Assembly: GCA_964187785.1 (NCBI GenBank)
Contig: OZ076409.1
Coordinates: 75,332,001 to 75,396,000, forward strand
Direction of reading: 5' to 3'
Source: Amphiscolops sp. MND2022
Taxonomy: Eukaryota
Length of the DNA stretch: 64,000 bases
Below the pieces are notes generated by a model. That model was not told where the DNA came from. It saw only the letters and a list, made by a program, of their open reading frames with translations, and did not search any database. A program made the position numbers and the translations under genes. Of the stretch, positions 21,845 to 34,410 are shown one piece after another. Each line of letters starts with the position of its first letter. Position 1 is the stretch's first letter.

Positions 21845-24800
21845 GTGCGGGGGGGTAACCCCTACAAAGATATTGGAGGATTCGGGTAGGGTCCTGAATC
21901 CGAGTTCAGTGCTGCCAGCTATCGTTAGGGATTTTAGAAAATTTTGCCGATCTCGTGATCTAACCGTAGGATTTTAAAGTTGGAGCGGCCCCCACCAGAT
22001 TTTCCAAAGTTATTCGCCCCCCACCGGGTTCCAGCGTGATTGAAATATTTTGACGGGGTACACGGGCGACCGTTAGGGGTCATTTTGGGGGTAAAATTTA
22101 TATCCGGTCGCATAACTTTTTTCCTGTTGGTTTAAAACTTTGGAACCCTGCTAAAAGTTTCTTGACCTTGTTGCAGTGGCTCCGGAGGTCCAAACCAAAT
22201 TTTTCTATCTTGAAGCTATCTCCAAGTACCCCCCCGCCCAAACCGTTATTTTTCCGGAAACGCAGGTTTTTGACCCGGAAGGAGTCGTCTGAGCGCGGGG
22301 TCGTTAGGTGATGTATTGGGGACGGCCTTGAGACGAAGCGGGGGACATGTAGTTTGCCGACCCCAGTTTACCCCCCGGACGGGAAATGACCGTTATTTGA
22401 GCGGGAAAAATGCCCCCCTCCACGTTTTACCGCTATTTCCGCTGTGAAGGAGTGGGAGTAGCGCGTCGGGTGTTATATAACAAAAGTAGGTTTAGACAAG
22501 GACCTATCGGAAACATGTGGTTTTGGACCCCCTGGTCCAACCCGTTAGCAGGAAATGGGGCTTCCGCCTCCTTTTTTAACTGCTAAAACCGTAAAATGGG
22601 CATTGAGGGGTAAATATCTCGTGAACGCGTGGAGCAATCGTGTCCATCACTACTACAAGGTTTCATACCCATGATATGGTGCCTTCAGGGGGGCAAACAG
22701 ATTTCCGCTATCTATCACCGTTACGGACTTGGCCCCCCAGCCTAACCGCTATGTGACCGGAAATGTCACTTTTTGAGCCCAAAGGGTCGGTCCCAGCCGG
22801 GGAACGTTAGGTAACTTATTGTAGTACTCAATGAGACGAATTTGGGGATATAGTTTCAGTCACCCCCCGTTACCCCTTGGGACCGGAAATGACCGTTATG
22901 TGGGTAAAATTGCAATTTTCATACTTTTTCAAGTGTATTTAGGTGCTGAAGGAGTGGTAATAGGTGCTTGGACACTATATGATGTAATGGAGGTCGTGAG
23001 GAGAGCATTCGGAAATAACCGTTATGTTGACCCCAAAGTCCCCCTGGTACCGTTAACGACCGGAAATGGCCAAATTTTGTGTCTATTGGGTACAAATGTT
23101 TGGTATTTTATGGATAAAAGTACCTGGAAGGTGTTTTAAAGGCCTCCAGAAGTGAACATAGTCATGAAACCTTGTGGGGGGTAACGGTATATAGCACCGG
23201 AAGTCCAAACCGTTGGTCACAGAATAGGTTTTTTGGTTTCAAAATGTCTTTAGGCATAGTTTTGTGGGTTGAATTGTCATAATATCAACTAATACGGACA
23301 TTTTTCGGAAATAAAATTTTTTCACATTAGTTTCAGGGACCTCCAATGCTTCAGTCAACATAACCGTTACATTTTGATAGCCTTTCAAGTTGACCTGGTG
23401 TCAACTTGGAAGGGCTATCCTTCTAAAATCGTTAATCAAGAGTGTTTTTGGGTAGGTATATGTTGCATTAGTACCAATTAGAGCTTCATCAACAGTTTGC
23501 CAACGGCAAAAACGATGTCGTGATAATTCCGTTATAAAAATATTAGTTAACAAATTGTTTTCAAAGTTGATTTTTTCCATTAAAAATGTGTCCTAATGCC
23601 ACCAAATTGAATAAAATAATAAATGGTATTGACTAAAACTAAATAACAATGAAAAAGAAGATCAACATTTTTATTAGGTCTCATTATGGAAGCTGAAACC
23701 TCACGTTTTAGTTTAATTAACGTCAACGCCACATACTTTACATCAACGCCCACCGTCTGTGGGCATGCCGAGGCATGCCCTTCGACGACGTATACCAAAC
23801 AACCTCCATATCTACACCCTAACCGCGGTAGCAGCTAGGTGCGGGGGGGTAACCCCTACAAAGATATTGGAGGATTCGGGTAGGGTCCTGAATCCGAGTT
23901 CAGTGCTGCCAGCTATCGTTAGGGATTTTAGAAAATTTTGCCGATCTCGTGATCTAACCGTAGGATTTTAAAGTTGGAGCGGCCCCCACCAGATTTTCCA
24001 AAGTTATTCGCCCCCCACCGGGTTCCAGCGTGATTGAAATATTTTGACGTGGTACACGGGCGACCGTTAGGGGTCATTTTGGGGGTAAAATTTATATCCG
24101 GTCGCATAACTTTTTTCCTGTTGGTTTAAAACTTTGGGACCCTGCTAAAAGTTTCTTGACCGTGTTGCAGTGGCTCCGGATGTCCAAACCAAATTTTTCT
24201 ATCTTGAAGCTATCTCCAAGTACCCCCCCGCCCAAACCGTTATTTTTCCGGAAACGCAGGTTTTTGACCCGGAAGGAGTCGTCTGAGCGCGGGGTCGTTA
24301 GGTGATGTATTGGGGACGGCCTTGAGACGAAGCGGGGGACATGTAGTTTGCCGACCCCAGTTTACCCCCCGGACGGGAAATGACCGTTATTTGAGCGGGA
24401 AAAATGCCCCCCTCCACGTTTTACCGCTATTTCCGGTGTGAAGGAGTGGGAGTAGCGCGTCGGGTGCCATATATCAAAAGTAGGTTTAGACAAGGACCTG
24501 TCGGAAACATGTGGTTTGGGACCCCCTGGTCCAACCCGTTAGCAGGAAATGGGGCTTCCGCCTCCTTTTTTTACTGCTAAAACCGTAAAATGGGCATTGA
24601 GGGGTAAATATCTCGTGAACGCGTGGAGCAATCGTGTCCATCACTACTACAAGGTTTCATACCCATGATATGGTGCCTTCAGGGGGGCAAACAGATTTCC
24701 GCTATCTATCACCGTTACCGACTTGGCCCCCCAGCCTAACCGCTATGTGACCGGAAATGTCACTTTTTGAGCCCAAAGGGTCGGTCCCAGCCGGGGAACG

Positions 24801-27800
24801 TTAGGTAACTTATTGTAGTACTCAATGAGACGAGTTGGGGGATATAGTTTCAGTCACCCCCCGTTACCCCTTGGGACCGGAAATGACCGTTATGTGGGTA
24901 AAATTGCAATTTTTATACTTTTTCAAGTGTATTTAGGTGCGGAAGGAGTGGTAATAGGTGCTTGGACACTATATGATGTAATGGAGGTCGTGAGGAAAGC
25001 ATTCGAAAATAACCGTTATGTTGACCCCGAAGTCCCCCTGGTACCGTTAACGACCGGAAATGGCCAAATTTTGTGTCTATTGGGTACAAATGTTTAGTAT
25101 TTTATGGATAAAAGTACCTGGAACGTGTTTTAAAGGCCTCCAGAAGTGAACATAGTCATGAAACCTTGTGGGGGGTAACGGTATATAGCACCGGAAGTCC
25201 AAATCGTTGGTTACAGAATAGGTTTTTTGGTTTCAAAATGTCTTTAGGCATAGTTTTGTGGGTTGAATCGTCATAATATCAACTAATACGGACTTTTTTC
25301 GGAAATAAAATTTTTTCACATTAGTTTCAGGGACCTCCAATGCTTCAGTCAACATAACCGTTACATTTTGATAGCCTTTCAAGTTGACCTGGTGTCAACT
25401 TGGAAGGGCTATCCTTCTAAAATCGTTAATCAAGAGTGTTTTTGGGTAGGTATATGTTGCATTAGTACCAGTTAGAGCTTCATCAACAGTTTGCCAACGG
25501 CAAAAACGATGTCGTGATAATTCCGTTATAAAAATATTAGTTAACAAATTGTTTTCAAAGTTGATTTTTTCCATTAAAAATGTGTCCTAATGCCACCAAA
25601 TTGAATAAAATAATAAATGGTATTGACTAAAACTAAATAACAATGAAAAAGAAGATCAACATTTTTATTAGGTCTCATTATGGAAGCTGAAACCTCACGT
25701 TTTAGTTTAATTAACGTCAACGCCACATACTTTACATCAACGCCCACCGTCTGTGGGCATGCCGAGGCATGCCCTTCGACGACGTATACCAAACAACCTC
25801 CATATCTACACCCACCCGCGGTAGCAGCTAGGTGCGGGGGGGTAACCCCAACAAAGATATTGGAGGATTCGGGTAGGGTCCTGAATCCGATCTTAGTACC
25901 GCCAGCTATCAGTAGAAAATTTCCCTCAAAAACCGGGATCTCGGGAACTAACCGTAGGATTTGAAAGTTGGAGCGGCCCCCACCAGATTTTCCCGAATAG
26001 ATCGCCCCCCACCGGGCTCCATACCCCGGAAAATTTTTTTTGGCCACACGGGCGACAGTTAGGGGGTCATTTTAGGGGTAAAATTCATATTGGTCCATAT
26101 AACTTTTTTCCTGTTGGTTTAAAAGTTTGGGAACCCTTCTAAAGGTTTTTCGACCATGTTGCAAGGGCTCCGGAGGTGCAAACCAAATTTTTCTATCTTG
26201 AAGCTATCTCCAAGTACCCCCCCGCTCAAACCGTTATTTTTCCGGAAACGCAGGTTTTTGACCCGGAAGGAGTCGTCTGAGCGCGGGGTCGTTAGGTGAT
26301 GTTTTGGGGACGGCCTTGAGACAAAGTGGGGGACAAGTAGTTTGCCAACCTCAATTTACCCCCCGGACGGGAAATGACCGTTATATGAGCGTAAAAAATG
26401 CCCCCCTCCACGGTTTACCGCTATTTCCGGTGTGAAGGTGTGGGAGTAGCGCGTCGGGTGCCATATATCAAAAGTAGGTTTAGACAAGGATCTATCAAAA
26501 ACATGTGGTTTGGGACCCCCTGACCCAACCCGTTAGCGGGAAATGGGGCTTCCGCCTCCTTTTTTTTCGGTTAAAAACGGAAAATGGGCATTGAGGGGTA
26601 AATATCTCGTGAACGCGTGGAGCTACGGTGTCCTTCACTACTACAAGGTTTCATACCCATGATATGGTGCCTTCAGGGGGGCAAACAGATTTCCGCTATC
26701 TATCACCGTTACGGACTTGGCCCCCCAGCCTAACCGCTATGTGACCGGAAATGTCACTTTTTGAGCCCAAAGGGTCGGTCCCAGCCAGGGAACGTTAGAT
26801 AACTTTTTGTAGTACTCATTGAGACGAGTTGAGGGACATAGTTTCAGTCACCCCCCGTTACCCCTTGTGACCGGAAATGACCGTTATGTGGGTAAAATTG
26901 GGATTTTTGTACTTTTTGAAGGGCAATTAGGTGCGGAAGGAGTGGTAATAGGTGCTTGGACACTATATGATGGAATGGAGGACGTGAGGCGAACATTCAG
27001 ACATAACCGTTATGTTGACCCTAAAGTCCCCCTGGTACCGTAAACGACCGGAAATGGTCAAATTTTGTGTCTATTGGGTACAAATGTTTGGTATTTTGTA
27101 AATAAAAGTATCTATTAGGTGTTTCGACGGTCTGCAGTAGTGAACATAGTCATGAAACCTTGTGGGGGGTAACGGTATATAGCACCGGAAGTCCAAAACG
27201 TTAGAGACGGGATAGGTTTTTCCGTTTTAAAATGTCTTTCGGCGTACTTTTGTCAACTAATATGGAATATTTTTTAAAATTAAAGTTTTTCCATATAGTT
27301 TCAGAGACTCCCAAACCTCAAACAACATAACCGTTACCTTATGATAGCCTTTCAAGTTGGCCTGGTGTCAACTTGGAAGGGCTATCCTTCTAAAATCGTT
27401 GATCAAGTGTGTTTTTGGGTATGTTTGAATCATTTTAGAATCAATTAGAGCTTCAAGAAATGTTTGCCAACGACAAAAACTACGTCGTGATGATTCCGTT
27501 ATTAGAGTAATAGTTAACAAAATATTGATTAAGTTGATTTTTTACATTTCAAAAGTGTCCTAAAAGCCAGAAAACCTCTTTACCAAACAAATGGTATTGA
27601 TTGGATTGTATATAACAGGTAATAAAAGTTCAAATTGATTATTACGTTTTATTATGTAAGCTGAAACGTCATATTATAGTTTAATTAACGTCAACGCCAC
27701 ATACTTTACACCAACGCCCACCGTCTGTGGGCATGCCGAGGCATGCCCTTCGACGACGTATACCAAATACATTTCATATCTACACCCACCCGCGGTAGCA

Positions 27801-30800
27801 GCTAGGTGCGGGGGGTAACCCCAACAAATATATTGGAGGATTCGGGTAGGGTCCTGAATCCGAGTTCAGTGCTGCCAGCTATCGTTAGGGATTTTAGAAA
27901 ATTTTGCCGATCTCGTGATCTAACCGTAGGATTTTAAAGTTGGAGCGGCCCCCACCAGATTTTCCAAAGTTATTCGCCCCCCACCGGGTTCCAGCGTGAT
28001 TGAAATATTTTGACGGGGTACACGGGCGACCGTTAGGGGTCATTTTGGGGGTAAAATTTATATCCGGTCGCATAACTTTTTTCCTAATGGTTTAAAACTT
28101 TGGGACCCTGCTAAAAGTTTCTTGACCTTGTTGCAGTGGCTCCGGAGGTCCAAACCAAATTTTTCTATCTTGAAGCTATCTCCAAGTACCCCCCCGCCCA
28201 AACCGTTATTTTTCCGGAAACGCAGGTTTTTGACCCGGAAGGAGTCGTCTGAGCGCGGGGTCGTTAGGTGATGTATTGGGGACGGCCTTGAGACGAAGCG
28301 GGGGACATGTAGTTTGCCGACCCCAGTTTACCCCCCGGACGGGAAATGACCGTTATTTGAGCGGGAAAAATGCCCCCCTCCACGTTTTACCGCAATTTCC
28401 GGTGTGAAGGAGTGTGAGTAGCGCGTCGGGTGCCATATATCAAAAGTAGGTTTAGACAAGGACCAACTGGAAACATGTGGTTTGGGACCCCCAGGCCCAA
28501 CCCGTTAGCGGGAAATGGGGCTTCCGCCTCCTTTTTTTACTGCTAAAACCGTAAAATGGGCATTGAGGGGTAAATATCTCGTGAACGCGTGGAGCAATCG
28601 TGTCCATCACTACTACAAGGTTTCATACCCATGATATGGTGCCTTCATGGGGGCAAACAGATTTCCGCTATCTATCACCGTTACCGACTTGGCCCCCCAG
28701 CCTAACCGCTATGTGACCGGAAATGTCACTTTTTGAGCCCAAAGGGTCGGTCCCAGCCGGGGAACGTTAGGTAACTTATTGTAGTGCTAATTGAGACGAG
28801 TTGGGGGATATAGTTTCAGTCACCCCCCGTTACCCCTTGGGACCGGAAATGACCGTTATGTGGGTAAATTTGCATTTTTTGTACTTTTTGAAGGGCATTT
28901 AGATGCGGAAGGAGTGATAATAGGTGCTTGGACTCTATACGATGATAGGGAGGACGTGAGGCGAGCATTCGGAAATAACCGTTATGTTGACCCTAAAGTC
29001 CCCCTGGTACCGGAAGTGACCCGTAATGGTCAAATTTTGTGTTTAAAGGTTACAAATGATTGGTGTTCAATGGATAACAGTACCTATTAGGTGTTTCGAC
29101 GGTCTGCAGTCGTGAACATAGTCATGAAACCTTGTGGGGGGTAACGGTATATAGCACCGGAAGTGCAAACCGTTGAAGACAGGATACGTTTTTTGGTTTT
29201 AAAATGTCTTTTGGCCTACTTTTGTCGACTATTATGGACTATTTTTGAAAAATAAAGTTTTTCCATATAGTTTCAGAGACTCCGAAACCTCAACCAACAT
29301 AACCGTTACCTTATGATAGCCTTTCAAGTTGGCCTGGTGTCAACTTGGAAGGGCTATCCTTCAAAAATCATTAATCAAGTGTGTTTTTGAGTATGTTTGT
29401 TTTACTTTAGAATCAATTAGAGCTTCAAGAAAAGTTTGCCAACGATAAAAACTATGTCGTGATGATTCCGTTATTAGAATATTAGTTAACAAAATATTGA
29501 TAAAGTTGATTTTTTACATTTCAAATGTGTCCTAAATGCCAGAAAAACTCTTTACCAAACAAATGGTATTGATTGGATTGTACATAACAGCTAATAAAAG
29601 TTCAAATTGAATATTACGTTTCATTATGGAAGCTGAAACGTCAAATTATAGTTTAATTAACGTCAACGCCACATAGTTTACATCAACGCCCACCGTCTGT
29701 GGGCATGCCGAGGCATGCCCTTCGACGACGTATACCAAATTCCTTTAACACAACACCCCCGAGCGCGTTAGCAGCTAGGTGCGGGGGGGTAACCCCAACA
29801 AAGATATTGGAGGATTCGGGTAGGGTCCTGAATCCGATCTTAGTACCGCCAGCTATCAGTAGAAAATTTCCCTCAAAAACCGGGATCTCGGGAACTAACC
29901 GTAGGATTTGAAAGTTGGAGCGGCCCCCACCAGATTTTCCCAAATAGATCGCCCCCCACCGGGCTCCATACCCCGGAAAATTTTTTTTTGGCCACACGGG
30001 CGACAGTTAGGGGGTCATTTTAGGGGTAAAATTCATATTGGTCCATATAACTTTTTTCCTGTTGGTTTAAAAGTTTGGGAACCCTTCTAAAGGTTTTTCG
30101 ACCATGTTGCAAGGGCTCCGGAGGTGCAAACCAAATTTTTCTATCTTGAAGCTATCTCCAAGTACCCCCCCGCTCAAACCGTTATTTTTCCGGAAACGCA
30201 GGTTTTTGACCCGGAAGGAGTCGTCTGAGCGCGGGGTAGTTAGGTGATGTTTTGGGGACGGCCTTGAGACAAAGTGGGGGACAAGTAGTTTGCCAACCTC
30301 AATTTACCCCCCGGACGGGAAATGACCGTTATATGAGCGTGAAAAATGCCCCCCTCCACGTTTTACCGCTATTTCCGGTGTGAAGGTGTGGGAGTAGCGC
30401 GTCGGGTGCCATATATCAAAAGTAGGTTTAGACAAGGATCTATCAAAAACATGTGGTTTGGGACCCCCTGACCCAACCCGTTAGCGGGAAATGGGGCTTC
30501 CGCCTCCTTTTTTTTCGGTTAAAAACGGAAAATGGGCATTGAGGGGTAAATATCTCGTGAACGCGTGGAGCTACGGTGTCCTTCACTACTACAAGGTTTC
30601 ATACCCATGATATGGTGCCTTCAGGGGGGCAAACAGATTTCCGCTATCTATCACCGTTACGGACTTGGCCCCCCAGCCTAACCGCTATGTGACCGGAAAT
30701 GTCACTTTTTGAGCCCAAAGGGTCGGTCACAGCCAGGGAACGTTAGATAACTTATTGTAGTACTCATTGAGACGAGTTGGGGGACATAGTTTCAGTCACT

Positions 30801-31752
30801 CCCGTTACCCCTTGGGACCGGAAATGGCCGTTATGTGGGTAAAATTGGGATTTTTGTACTTTTTGAAGGGCAATTAGGTGCGGAAGGAGTGGTAATAGTT
30901 GCTTGGACACTATATGATGGAAGGGAGGACGTGAGGCGAACATTCGGACATAACCGTTATGTTGACCCTAAAGTCCCCCTGGTACCGTAAACGACCGGAA
31001 ATGGTCAAATTTTGTGTCTATTGGGTACAAATGTTTGGTATTTTGTAAATAAAAGTATCTATTAGGTGTTTCGACGGTCTGCAGTAGTGAACATAGTCAT
31101 GAAACCTTGTCGGGGGGTAACGGTATATAGCACCGGAAGTCCAAACCGTTAGAGACGGGATAGGTTTTTTCGTTTTAAAATGTCTTTCGGCGTACTTTTG
31201 TCAACTAATATGGAATATTTTTTAAAATTAAAGTTTTTCCATATAGTTTCAGAGACTCCCAAACCTCAAACAACATAACCGTTACCTTATGATAGCCTTT
31301 CAAGTTGGCCTGGTGTCAACTTGGAAGGGCTATCCTTCAAAAATCGTTGATCAAGTGTGTTTTTGGGTATGTTTGAATCATTTTAGAATCAATTAGAGCT
31401 TCAAGAAAAATTTGCCAACGACAAAAACTATGTCGTGATGATTCCGTTATTAGAGTAATAGTTAACAAAATGTTGATAAAGTTGATTTTGTACATTTCAA
31501 ATGTGTCCTTTATGCCAGAAAACCTTTTTACCAAACTAATGATATTGATTGAATTGTATATAACAGGTAATAAAAGTTCAAATTGAATATTACGTTTCAT
31601 TTTGTAAGCTGAAACGTGATATTATAGTTTAATTAACGTCAACGCCACATACTTTACATCAACGCCCACCGTCTGTGGGCATGCCGAGGCATGCCCTTCG
31701 ACGACGTATACCAAACACCAATATATCTACACCCACCCGCGGTAGCAGCTAG
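21845..31752 (+). mobile_element. Five ~1.98-kb class B units
   Basis: Lengths 1994, 1993, 1974, 1973 and 1974. The first two carry an extra ~20 nt (GGGTTGAATYGTCATAATAT near 23266 and 25260). Confidence 0.65.
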
Positions 31753-33022
31753 GTGGCCGCGTCTTTTTGATGGACTTTTATCCTTGAGGCGCGGGTAGGG
31801 TCCTGCGCCGAGCTGGTGAAAATATACTACGTCCAAATCGCCCGTTCCGGAAACGATCTCAAAACTGGCCCGTACGATTTTCCTGAAACTTTGCATGTGG
31901 CCCCCAATTGGCGAGCAATGAAAAAGTGTAGGAGGCCATTTTTCCCAAATTCCATTGTGAGAGGAGATATATGAAAAAAACGGACCCCGAAATGACGAAA
32001 ATTTCACTTTTTGACCATTAATGGGACATTATCTCCCCGGACAATGCTCGGAGCAAAATTTGTCAGGACCCAAACCTACAGCAGACTGTTAGAGGAGTAC
32101 GCACAGTAAGTTTGAAGGAAATCTGATAATCACATGTTGAGAAATTAACGATTTTTTGACAAAATTTTTGCATTTGCAGTCTATCTCTGCCGTTTTTTGC
32201 CCAAAATTTTTTCGAGACCCTCTCCTAAAGACCTCCCCTGGCCAGTTTACCTCCCAAAAAAACCATTTGGCCCTAAATACGAAGTTTCAGCGTTCTAGCA
32301 TTCCCCAGTGAAAAGTTATGGGACTTAGAACTTTTTCAAAAATTTTCAAAATTTTTCTAAAAAAGTTCAGGCCTCCCAAAGTGAAGAAACTTCCACACAA
32401 CTAGTATTGCAAGTGAATGCATGTGGAAAGCCCTGCACTTGACGAGAAAAATGCCGTTTAGAACGTCTTTTTATCTTAACTTGATGTTGACTTATGATCT
32501 TTTGAGTAGCGTATAACACGTGATCACAGTAGTGAAAATCCTAATTTTCAAAAATTTTCAAACAATAACGCATGAAAAGAACCTGGAAAAGGTTCCGATG
32601 GGTCAGTTGGGATGTCTGAAGCATGTGTACATTTCCGTAGTGTATAGCGGATGTATTTGAGACTTATTAGAAATTGTGATAAATTTTATACAAGTCTTTG
32701 TTTCTCTTAGAATCTTATGCAGTTGAGTACATTCCATCTCCCTCTCAGGGGAGATGTGAATGTACGTTTGCCAAATGCCTTGTAAAGCTCACAATTTTGA
32801 TGGATTCAAATAACTAAACATGTGTGATTTGCGTTTGCCGAACCACTGCGACAAAATATCCTAAATCTATAGCGAGATTGTATGGTTTTTGTCTTTAGTG
32901 TTTCGTCTTGTATAGCCGACTTCCACATCCAAATATCAACGCCCGCCGTCCGTAGGCATGCCGAGGCATGCCTTTCGACGACGTATGCCAAATACCTAAT
33001 GCCACGCTGTCATTATCGCTAG
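31753..33022 (+). mobile_element. Divergent 1270-bp class A unit
   Basis: It has the central block and GAGTACATT hairpin but a largely unique interior. Its terminal hairpin carries a compensatory A-T pair at 32954/32973. Confidence 0.6.
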
Positions 33023-34410
33023 GTGGTTGGGGCGGTCCCCAGAACGCACAAGGAGGCGCGGGGAGGGTCCTGCGCCGACGTAGAATAATTTCATATAATA
33101 CTAGTATCCTACATGGGTGTTTTAGAGGCGATTTTGGAATCTAACCGTAGGATTTGGATAATTTTTTGCATGCGGCCATAACTCGAAATTCTAAGAACTT
33201 TTTCCTACTGTCATTTTCCCCGCAAATTGTTTTTTGTTGACTTATGGCCGAAAAACCGGAAATAACGTCCTTTTTAGACGTTATATCCGAAGTGTCGTCA
33301 TAACTTTTTTCCAGGGCATGCTAGCGTTCTCGTTCACTTTTACACTTAGTTGCAGCATCTCAAAATACAACTGGTGGAAAATTTTGGTTGCATTCGGATC
33401 ACCCCCCACCAAGTTAGAAGGGTTCCCCCCTCCAGTTTTACCCCCCAAATTTGCAAAATAGCCAAATTTGAGCATGAAGCCGAGGATTTAGCGTACCCGC
33501 ACTCTCCTGATGTTTTGTTGTACGTATTGGGGTCAATCTGACGACATGTGTGGTTTTCACCCCCAACCCCCCCTTGGACCGGAAATGACACTTTTTTGTG
33601 TTTTTTGGCAGAATTTAGCCTTTTTCATTATTAGGCAGTCGTTTTAGGGACTCCTAGCAGGATATCGAAATTGAAATACAACCTGATCACAACCCAGTGA
33701 CAACATGTTGGCCACTTGGAGGTATCATCATGACCGGAAGTGGGGTCAACCCCCCTTTTTGTGACCGCTTTTTGACCTTGTGCACCAAAATGCCAACATC
33801 TTGAGGCCTAATGAGGCATTCAAATCTGTACAAAGATAAAATGTTAGACAACCGAAGCCCGGAAGATCTTTAGCATATACCGGAAGTTACCCCCCATGAC
33901 CGGAAGTTACCCAATGTGACCGGAAATGGTCCAAAAATTATTGTAAAGTTGAATTTTTCACTATTTCAAGACCACCTAATTGAAACTTTTCAATCTCAAA
34001 ACTAGCGTACTGGCTTGTTTTGCTGAATTTATGGAAATTGATGAGCTCTATCGCCCCCGATAGCCTTCGAAGTTGACCTTGCGTCAACTTTGGAGGCTAT
34101 CGATAAAGAAAAATGAACAACAAAGTACATTGTTGCTCTCGTTTTTCTCCCGTTGTTTTTCCTCAAACATTCTTGAGACATATACATGGCCGTTAGTTGA
34201 AATCAATATTCAGCCCATGTTATAGCTGGAGCAGCGAAGCGTTACACAGACTAGTGTGGTTTTGAAATCACACTATTTATATTAACAACTGACCGTCTTA
34301 GTCAACTCCACACACTCATACCAACGCCCACCGTCTGTGGGCATGCCGAGGCATGCCCTTCGACGACGTATGACGAATCCATTCCAACGACACCCGCAGT
34401 CCTCAGCTAG
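33023..34410 (+). mobile_element. 1388-bp unit (class E)
   Basis: It lacks the class A central block, has the GATAGCC hairpin (34059-34101) and a CCGGAA triplet (33880, 33900, 33920), and is related to 52858-54238. Confidence 0.6.
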
